A stretch of 62,389 bases of DNA, filler included, from Basidiobolus ranarum (lineage: Eukaryota): assembly GCA_040143965.1 (NCBI GenBank). It is 18 parts of 18 records of this genome, joined end to end, with 100 filler letters (N's around TTAATTAATTAA, not from the genome) between each part and the next. Parts side by side here need not be neighbours in the genome. Positions count along the whole stretch, not along the records: positions 48,635 to 52,000 come from JASJQH010009417.1; positions 52,101 to 55,464 come from JASJQH010009418.1; positions 55,565 to 58,927 come from JASJQH010009419.1; positions 59,028 to 62,389 come from JASJQH010009420.1; 14 more parts are not named here. The stretch is one strand, 5' to 3'. The notes under the pieces were generated by a model, which was not told the origin of the DNA, ran no database searches, and saw only the letters and a program-made list of their open reading frames with translations. Both the position numbers and the translations under genes were made by a program. Shown here piece by piece: positions 50,254-59,649 of the stretch (its first letter is position 1; each line of letters opens with the position of its first letter).

Positions 50254-51144
50254 TTAAAACCTGTTGTTACAACGGCCAATGGTGGCAGTAATATAGCCAG
50301 AGAAGTCAGTAACGGGTGAAAATATTGTCATCTCTTGACCCGAGTTTGCAAGATTAAATGGTGCAAGATTAGTGGTAAAATGATGACTGTTGGGTAGGGC
50401 ATAGTGAACATCCTTGACTTCCGGGAATCTCTTCAAGATCAACTCAGCCATACGGTACATGGTGGCTTGGACTGAGGCAGAGTCATCGTGAGCAAATACA
50501 TCCAAGGTGGTCTTGCGAACTCCATCAAAGATACGATCGAATGGAATGTTCTCTACCCCAATCGAAGTGTCGATGTTGTAGTGAGCCTTGACGGTGGTAG
50601 AGAATATACGGTCATCAGCATCTTGGAGAGTAGTGTTCTCGCAATGATGGAAGTTAGTGAAGGATGATCCAGTAGTCTTCAACACAAGAAGACCCTCCAA
50701 GCCAGACTTGATGCTGACGCTGTTGGCGGTGACAGTCAACCAGGTTTGTCTGGTCTCAGATCCATCACGGTAAAAGGAATGAGGATGGGGCTCACCATTG
50801 ACATTGATTCTGGCCCAACGAGACTGGACAATGTGGACATTGGCGTGGGTGACGTGAGAGTATTTGTCCACAAAGTGTTTGCCGAGTTCATAACCATAAC
50901 GTTCAATGGTTTGAACATGGTTAGACTTCTTGGCAATGACATAGCAAGTGTTCTTGACTGTGTCAGTTGGAACTACCATGCTGTTGTCAGCCTCGGTGTA
51001 AGCCGTCTCAAAGTCACCCTCAAGGAGCACTTGACAGGTAAGCTCAACAATGTCGTTCCACTCGGCGGTGTGGCGGATGGCTTTAGTGACTCTGACCTTA
51101 GCTTTACCGTAAGCCTGACGTTTTAACTCGATAGATGAAGACAT
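50254..51144 (-). CDS. uox: Urate oxidase copy B, complete and intronless (296 aa)
   Basis: YGKAKVR, VVPTDTVKNT, LKTTGSSF, DRIFST, SVQATMY and LPN.H.F. Confidence 0.97.
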   Translation of the reverse strand: MSSSIELKRQAYGKAKVRVTKAIRHTAEWNDIVELTCQVLLEGDFETAYTEADNSMVVPTDTVKNTCYVIAKKSNHVQTIERYGYELGKHFVDKYSHVTHANVHIVQSRWARINVNGEPHPHSFYRDGSETRQTWLTVTANSVSIKSGLEGLLVLKTTGSSFTNFHHCENTTLQDADDRIFSTTVKAHYNIDTSIGVENIPFDRIFDGVRKTTLDVFAHDDSASVQATMYRMAELILKRFPEVKDVHYALPNSHHFTTNLAPFNLANSGQEMTIFSPVTDFSGYITATIGRCNNRF

Positions 51145-51718
51145 GGCTGGCTAGATAATTGGCTAAGTGGAAGTTTTGTAATTTTTCTTCACCCTTCATT
51201 GACTTTAAATATAAACAAATCTAAAACCTATGTTACTTTGAGCCGATTACGCTGAGCAAAATGGGAATAGATCTAATGTGTGGTACAAACATTATATTCT
51301 CTTAAAACCCGATACCAACAATTCGCCTAGGCCACTCAATTGAATAAATTTCATTTAATACTGGTAATCAATAGTATTTACAATAAGGCAAAGATTATAT
51401 TCATGAAGTTTTATTTATTCACACAGTGTAATACTTCATGTAAAGCCGGCTTGCTCTGCTTTTACCATTTATCTTTTGAATCTGATCAAAATCAACAGAT
51501 TGTCCATGAGAACTCATTCTTGATTACCGGTTATGCCTCAGATGTACCAAGGCCGAGGCTACTTCACAAATACGGCGATTCTTCATTGAAATCAGATCTG
51601 TCAATATTCAATGGAACTGCCGTTACCACCTATTGAATCCATATTCTATATAAGGTCTTGTCATGTTTGTATGGATTTCATCATCATCAGTATCAACTAA
51701 TTGTTACTAACAGCCATT

Positions 51719-52000
51719 ATGTCCAACAACGCTAACGCTTATTTGAAGAAACAAGCCTATGGCAAGACTAAAGTCCGCGTAACCAAGGTTATTCGCCATA
51801 CCAAGGAGTGGCATGATGTCGTTGAACTTACTTGCCAGGTTCTCCTTGATGGTAAATTTGAGACCTCATACACTGAAGCTGACAACAGCTCCATTGTTCC
51901 TACGGATACTGTCAAGAACACCATCTATGTTCTTGCTAAGAAGTCAAACCATGTTCAGACCATTGAACGCTTTGGTTTCGAGATTGGTCAGCACTTTATC
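51719..52000 (+). CDS. uox: Urate oxidase copy C, N-terminal part
   Basis: MSNNANAYLKKQAYGKTKVRV...ADNSSIVPTDTVKNTIY. ATG at 51719. Confidence 0.95.
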
Positions 52001-53406
52001 NNNNNNNNNNNNNNNNNNNNNNNNNNNNNNNNNNNNNNNNNNNNTTAATTAATTAANNNNNNNNNNNNNNNNNNNNNNNNNNNNNNNNNNNNNNNNNNNN
52101 TCAGCAAGCAGGTCACTAACTTCCCAATCCACCATAACTTTTGTGTATTCACCCAGAATATGGATAGCAGGACAATCCCCAAGTGGGAGGCATGTCAACT
52201 CCTTGGCCTCTTGAGTGATCATGGGTGTAAACAGTGTGGAAGTGTCCAAGTAGACTTTCCCAATGTCAATGATGTCAGCAATGGTCAACTAACAGTCAAC
52301 AGATGCTAATCTAATAATGAGTAACATCAACGATACTTCTGAGCAAATGAATGATTAGAAACTTTTTATCAATAAATGGTTGAAATCCTTTGAGGATGAA
52401 ATGTTGCATTGTACTATCTCATTCATCTTGACCTATTGGCTTTGTTAATAGATAGAATCCAATTCTATGGCAGCTTGTATATGGCATATGTGGTAGCTTG
52501 TAAGTGATAGCTAACATTGTAATATGTATAGATTTGAATTGATTAACTAAACAACACTGCAACACTACTAGTCAAGTCGCACAGTAAGATAAATAGCAAG
52601 GTTACACTTGATAATATATACATTTCAATCATCACCTCTTATGTCCAATTATTAATAATTCCAACTGTCCAGACACTACACTATCTGTTTTATACTTAGG
52701 ATTAGCTTAATCACTGGATGTGGATTAATGCATAATATTGCTCAGTTTTAGAATACCTTCATTGATGCATCAGAAAGACTAATCTGCGCAACCAGATGAA
52801 ACAAGATTGGCTGCACTTGGTCAGCATCAGCAATGGTCATGGTAGATTTTAGAGTATGTTGCCACACAACTGAAATAAATCTTGCCGATATTGTATACTT
52901 TGGACTTAATCGCGTAGTTAGCTTACTACTACAGTAGCAAGTAATTACAATGCACATCTTGTAGATCTCCCTGAGTTTACTGATGAAATTTTAAGTGTGT
53001 TCTGATCAGAGAAAGACATTATTCCTTTGGTTAATTCAGATAACTTAGAGCTAAGGTTAGGTAAGCCAGGACCTACTCACGCATTTATGGGTATTGTATA
53101 TTAGCCCGTAATTGAGCAAATTAACCCTAGTAGTTCAATACCAAGGTCATAGTGAAGTTTGGGAAAATGTTCAACTAACTCTTGACAATAAAGAAAATTA
53201 AGTATGGCAATTGAACTCAACAACTTCAAGCAAAGATTTATGAGTACATAACGTAGGAACCACTCAAGAATTTTTGCCTTTACAAATGCCTTTTTATTCC
53301 TTTGGTACTGGCTATACTTCAAAAGTACCACCCACCATTACTACTTGAAACATCACCTATGACCATAGTTTCTGGCCTCTCCTTAGCGCTAGTTTCCATA
53401 TCTTTA

Positions 53407-53766
53407 TCATTCATCAGCCGCATCGGGAGAGTCTCCTTCATCTACCTTGGTGCCGCTTCTCTCTTTATCTACATCTCGTCGATTCAAAACCGTATGTCGA
53501 ATCTTGCTGTATGTGTCACCAGACATTCGATGAATCATACTCTCAATATTATGTTGAATCTTTGCCGCATCTTCTTCTTTGGATGATTTAAACTTCCTGA
53601 CAACCTGGCCACCCTCTGGATTACGCCCTAGGTTGGAATCAGTGTTGGACACGGAAGAACTGGCGACGTTACTACCTGTCACCTGATAAGGAGTGGACTG
53701 TAACTGATTCCCAGCGGTAAACGTAGCAATGAGGAGTGTGCTGATGATGGTAAGTTGTACGTACAT
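53407..53766 (-). CDS. Small putatively secreted protein (119 aa), function unknown
   Basis: MYVQLTIISTLLIATFTAG looks like a signal peptide. TATAAAT lies ~45 nt upstream. Gene-like GC and CpG content. Confidence 0.65.
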   Translation of the reverse strand: MYVQLTIISTLLIATFTAGNQLQSTPYQVTGSNVASSSVSNTDSNLGRNPEGGQVVRKFKSSKEEDAAKIQHNIESMIHRMSGDTYSKIRHTVLNRRDVDKERSGTKVDEGDSPDAADE

Positions 53767-54927
53767 TGCGAGTGCTGGATGACTATTTCTTGATCGAATC
53801 AGCACATTTATACGACTCGCTGGCTGAAGGTTTATTTAAGTTTAATCTTGGTCAAAGCATATCTTACCAGTATCTTTCTTATTACAATATCTACTGTTCA
53901 TGGAAGCAATCAACATGCTGTCTAATCAGATAACATGTAGATGTCTTCAAGAGCCTAATTTGTTGATATCTACAAGAGCATAATTTGTTAGTATCTACTC
54001 TGCGTGGGCATAGGGTAGAATATAGCTATTCATGCAAATGAACCAGAAATGCTTCCATATACATGCAATGCATCAGGCGTCTTAGCTTTAAACTATGCAT
54101 ATTCCTTTCCGTTTGATTTCTGAGATTCTGCCATTAGAACGGATGAACTTAACAAATTTATAACCCACCGTACTCTCTCTGATGCAGATATTCTATCGAA
54201 ATTAACTATTTAACAGATAGGGTTAGGTGTATGCTGATTGATGAATAGACTCATGCTAGAAGGTTTCTTTTAGAGCCTCTAAGACTTAGGGTTAGGGAAG
54301 GCCTAGAAAAAATATGTGTATACACCACAAAGGGTAAAACTGCCATGATTGATATAGTGAATCGCATTCTATTTTCATGACTATACCCCGGTTTCCAGGA
54401 TAATTAATATTAGCGTTGATCTAGGCGGTTGCCAGATACAGATTAGAAGTATATGATAGATATAGACCACACTCAGGCACGATTCTACTTCAATCTATTT
54501 CTATCCCTAGATAGAGTTAGGTAGACTTTTATCACTGAATGCAACGTAGGATGTGATTATGAATGTGATTTGGGATGCACAGGATACGCTCGTCAATTAA
54601 ATGAGTTTGTCGCTAAAGGTGAATATTATTGCACAGACAGTTCTACACCGTGCTTCACAGTTAGATGCTTTATCAATTCATTTTACTTGCAAGTACTGTA
54701 ATTTTTCCGTTAAATCGATGATTTGAAAGGTATGCGCACATGGCTCGACCTGATCCTATATGATCCAATGGAGTTATTGGAGTCTGTTCGATCTTACTTG
54801 GCCCATTCCTGAACGGAGATATGTCAAACCTCGGCATAACTTAGCCTGTATACTGATCAGTACATCCATTGGCAATCATATAAAAGGTCTTCAGTTTGGC
54901 CTTTAACTCACAATTGACTTTATTATC

Positions 54928-55464
54928 ATGGCATTTCGCATGGGAAATTGGACTTTACTTCAGCGCATATACTATCCATTAACTATCGGATGGGTTCTCT
55001 TTTTACTCATCACCACGATATTGTACGTAGCTCATCGAAAATCCCCCAACATTCGGTATCGCGGTACATTTCTTTCGGTTTGCATGGTCATTGCCAATCT
55101 GATGGTGGTGACACTTTATCTGGGACGTGAGCCAACTTATGATAAGTTCCCATGTTTCATTAGTCTCTGGGTGTCCTCCATTGGAATCCCGCTGTGGTTA
55201 ACTTGTGTGCTAGGTCGATTTATGAGACTGATATTTCTTTATCGTTTCAATCAAGCACAACTCACTTCTTCTGTAACAACCTTTGGTAGCAGTAGTTTTG
55301 AAAGTAACTTGGTCCGACGCTACAGCTTCACGTCAGAAGAGAAATTCATCAAGCCATCTGTGGCCAAACTTCAAGAGGATTGGTACATTCGCCATCGAGG
55401 AATATTCACCACCGAATTCATTGTAAAGATGATTCTCGGATGTTTAACTGTACAAATTCTACCA
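54928..55464 (+). CDS. Multi-pass membrane protein, likely a 7TM-RGS (GprK-like) receptor, 3' truncated
   Basis: TM1, then RKSPNIRYRG, TM2, FPCFISLW, GRFMRL..Y. TATAAAA at ~54879. Confidence 0.6.
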
Positions 55465-55564
55465 NNNNNNNNNNNNNNNNNNNNNNNNNNNNNNNNNNNN
55501 NNNNNNNNTTAATTAATTAANNNNNNNNNNNNNNNNNNNNNNNNNNNNNNNNNNNNNNNNNNNN

Positions 55565-58125
55565 GTATATATTGTAAATAAGCCAGGCAACCATTCAAGA
55601 GCTCTGGCCCAATCAAATCTGTCAAAAAATTGGATCTAATTCATTCAGATTTGTGTGGACCTATGCAAATTTATCTTTAGATGGAGAAAGATATTTAATC
55701 ATGTTTATTGATGATTTTAAAAGATATACATAGACCTACTTTATGGAAAGAAAAGAAGAAGGTCTCTTTATCTTAAGAGATTTTAAAACACTTGTGGAGA
55801 CTGAAACTGGAACAAAAATCAAGAAAATACATACCAAGAATGGTGGAGATAACACTTCAGCCCTATTTAAGCACTTTTGTAAAGTTCAAGTAATTAAGCA
55901 AGAAACTACTGCACCCTATTCATCTCAACAAAATGGAGTTGCTGAAGGAATTAACAGGAATATAACAGAAATGGCAAGATTTATGATAAATGCACAAAAT
56001 TTATCTCATAACTTTTGGTGGAATCTGTTGCTACAGCTGTAGTTTGGAAGTATAAGAGTTTTACTAAAAGTCTGTCTAATTCTACACCATATCAGACTTG
56101 GTTTGGAGTTAAACCTGATGTAAAATATTTGAGAATCCTTGGATGCATTGCTTATGTCAAGATTGTGACCAAAAGTCAGTGTAAGTTTGATCCAAAAAGT
56201 AAGAAATGCATATTTCTTGGTTTTTGTACTCAAACCAAAATATCCAAGTTAATCAATTCCAGGGATGTTTTATTTAATGAAAATGAAAAATTTCATCCAA
56301 AATGACCTCAGATGATAGCAAAAATCAATTTTCTCCTGACCCAATCATTCCAGTTAATTCTAACCAAAACAATGAAGAAAATAGCAATCCTGTGGATCCT
56401 TCAACCAAAGCTTTCCCTACTGAAGTGCCCAATACAATGCAGAAGTTGTAGTATCTTTATCCCAACCCAGGGGATCAAATTAGATCATAAATAGCCCTGA
56501 TTACTATATAAATGAGTCCCAAAATTGGGCCTATGCCTGCACAGCTCAAATACATGAGCCCCAGACTGTTAAAGAATCCCTGAATGGCTCTCACACAAAA
56601 GTTCTGGAGATCTACAATGGCTGATGAGTAGCAGGCTTTAATTGATAATCAAACTGCTACTTTGAGCAACTTACCTGAAGATAAAAAGTCAATTGGCTAA
56701 CAATGGGTGTTTAATGTCAAATACAACTCTGATAGCAATATAGAAAGGTACAAGGCTAGACTAGTAGCCAATGGCTATTCTCAAACACTAGGAATGGATT
56801 ATATAGAAACTTTTGCACCTGTAGCAAAGTTTAAATCAATTAGGTTGATTTTAGCAATTTCCACTATATGTCAGTTTATTATACATCAAATGGATGTTAA
56901 AGCTGCTTTTTTGAATGGGGTGCTTGCTGAGGATATCTATATGGACCAGCAGATGGATTTGTGGACCCACAAAGCCTAAAAAAGTTTGCAGAATCTGGAA
57001 AACACTCTATAGCTTAAAACAATCTCCAAGCGCTAGAAATAGCAAGATAGACGCTTTTTTGGAAACACTCAAATTCCAAAAGAGTAATGCTGACTGTAGT
57101 ATCTACTTCAGGCCAGATAAGACAAACCCTGCTTTATTAGCCTTATATGTAGATGACCATATGATAGCAGCCAAAGACTGGAAGACTTTGGAGAAAACCA
57201 AATCCAGCTTATCTACCATAATCAAAATGACTGAACTTGGTGAACTGATGTACCATCTTGGAATCCAAATCACTATAGCTATAAATATCATAACAATAAC
57301 TTTAAACTAGTCCAAGTATATCCTGGATATGCTAAAGAAGTTAAAAATGGGAGAATGTAATCCAGTATCTATCCTAATGGAGACAAGTTGTAACTTGAAC
57401 AAAAATGGCTCATATCAGATGTTTTTGGATTCAGATGTTAGCCAGAAGTTTCCTTCTCAATCTATGGTTGGTAGTTTGATATATATCATGGTTGGAACAT
57501 GGCCAGATATGCATATTCTGTGGGAGTTATATGCCATTATCTTCAAAATTGTGGTTCTAATCATATCATAGCAGTTAAGCTGATTTTCAGATATTTGAAA
57601 GGCACTGTGGATCTGTGCTCAAAATACACATATTCTGGATCAAACTTTGATCTGATGGGATATTCAGATGCAAACTGGGGAAGAGATATTGAAGACAGGA
57701 GATCTATCACAGGATACTTATTTCTTTACTGTAATGGAGCTTTTTCTTGGAATTCAAAGAAACATGCGACCATAGCTCTTTCAATAACAGAAGCTGAATA
57801 CATACCTGCCTGTGAAGCAACAAAAGAAGCAATATGGTTAAGAAAACTCTCAACACATCTAGGTTATTCTCAAAATTCACCAACTACAATATTTCAAGAT
57901 AATCTAAGTTGTAACAAATTAGTTAAAAATCCCATGTTTCATAATAGAAGCAAACATATGGATATTAAACTTCACTTCATTAGAGTGACCTTAGAGAATA
58001 GGTTTATTGACTTAAATTATTGTTCAACTGAAGACTTCATTGCTGATATACTTACCAAACCATTAGCTAGACAGAAATTTGAGAAATTCAGACCTTTATT
58101 GGGATTAGTTTACAAGACTATTTAG
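55565..58125 (+). mobile_element. Ty1/Copia pol (integrase, RT, RNase H) pseudogene
   Basis: HSDLCGPM, PYSSQQNGVAE, YKARLVA, QMDVKAAFLNG, LYVDD, YSDANWG, TEAEY, SKHMDIKLHFIR and ADILTKPL. IN precedes RT. Confidence 0.95.
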
Positions 58126-58136
58126 TTGAGGGAGAG

Positions 58137-58390
58137 TATTGAAATATATATATGTGAATAATGTAAGAATTAGCAATTCCATATTGGAAATTTCAAACTT
58201 GTCCAAATTGCCCCAAACATAGCTCATTGTACTCCCACAGATGTTCTGAACACAACCCCAGTGTTAGTTTTCTGTATTTCCACCAAAATATATAAATACT
58301 TAATATCTGGGCAATAAATAATTATCTCACAAAGCTATTCACAACTCCACTTTTCTAAAGTTCCTCCAAACAGCCCATATTTTCCCCATA
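58137..58390 (+). mobile_element. Copia LTR (family B), preceded by a PPT (GAGGGAGAG) and followed by a PBS
   Basis: TATTGAAAT...CCCATA with internal TATATAAA and AATAAA. A homologue lies at 20030-20405. Confidence 0.85.
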
Positions 58391-58402
58391 GGTTATGAGC
58401 CC
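58391..58402 (+). promoter_or_regulatory. Copia primer-binding site GGTTATGAGCCC (internal tRNAi-Met half primer type)
   Basis: Sits immediately 3' of the LTR. The same motif is on the minus strand at 59429-59440 and ~34610-34621. Confidence 0.8.
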
Positions 58403-58422
58403 TGTGTTCTAACCTTTAGAGC

Positions 58423-58927
58423 ATGATAGAAACCACTACTAACACTTTTATAAACAAAGTGTGGAAAAGCTTGATGGAGAAAATTTCAATTCCTGAAGTT
58501 CAAGATGCAAATCATGCTGGAAGACAGGGAGCTTTGGTATGTAGTCTCTGGAGATAGAAAGGAACCTTCTGACACTTCTTTACTGGAAGCTTTCAAGAAA
58601 AGATACAAAAAGGCCTTTAATGTCATTTGTCAAAGTTTGAAGTATTCAAAACTTGTGAATATTCAATATGCAAAGACTTCCCATTTAACTTGCACTATAT
58701 TGGAAGAGTGTTATGAAGCAGAGGGTCTTGCTAATAGACTCCTTCTCAGACAAAAATTCTTCAATATAAAGATGGAAAAGTCTGAAAGCATGGTTACTCA
58801 TATTGCAAATGTGAGCTCTTTGGCAAAACAACTGGAAAATATTGGTGCAACTTTACAGGAAGAAGATGTCATTATGACTCTTTTAAGTAGTCTACCAGAA
58901 CAGTATTCAAACTTGGTCACAGCTTTG
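58423..58927 (+). mobile_element. Copia gag (UBN2/Retrotran_gag_2-like) N-terminal part
   Basis: KLDGENFNS*(W)...KMQIMLEDRELW, LLRQKFFNIKM and LLSSLPEQYSNLV. Confidence 0.88.
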
Positions 58928-59027
58928 NNNNNNNNNNNNNNNNNNNNNNNNNNNNNNNNNNNNNNNNNNNNTTAATTAATTAANNNNNNNNNNNNNNNNN
59001 NNNNNNNNNNNNNNNNNNNNNNNNNNN

Positions 59028-59640
59028 TCCTTAATTATTCATTCAAAAGCCTAGCACCAACATATTCCATTGTTAATGGCTCTGATCTTGATTCTAGGGC
59101 AATTATAAGGTTCCCAAAATCATTTGGCAGGCTCCCAAGTAGTGTCACAACTAAGTTATCTTGATTTATAAATGCTCCAATGGATGAGAGCTGATCTGCC
59201 ATAGTATTTGTCCAATTTATATGATTAATCCTAGAATCATCAGAATTGATATGAATTGAGAATAACTGTTGCCCAAGATGTAGCCTATAGCCCAACTTTT
59301 AGACTAATATAGTCCCTAAAGAGTTTCCCAAGCATATTGGACATTGTTGGCTGATTGTATGTGCCTGAATCAAGAATGCTTAAACATTAATGATAGTACA
59401 GGTAGACATTCTGTTAACAGCTAGAATGGGGCTCATAACCCAATAAAAGTGTTGAGGGTACTCAGAAGTGTTTTAGACAAGATTTAGATTTGTGAATTAG
59501 ACACTTAAGTTTTATTGAATTGAATATGTCCTGTTTGTAGCTTACTATGAAATAGAACTATTGGATGTGCCTAGGTCATAACAAACATGCCTGTCAGGCA
59601 TGGGTGAAAATATGAGGTGATGTGGAGAAGTTTTGAGAAA
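59028..59640 (-). mobile_element. Copia LTR part, PBS and gag fragment (different LTR family)
   Basis: PBS at 59429-59440 and LLGSLPNDFGNLIIALES. Confidence 0.75.
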
Positions 59641-59649
59641 ATAGTGAAA

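Noticed and set aside
52101-52300. Retroelement protease-like fragment
   Set aside because: No clear catalytic DSG/DTG motif, and too short to assign.
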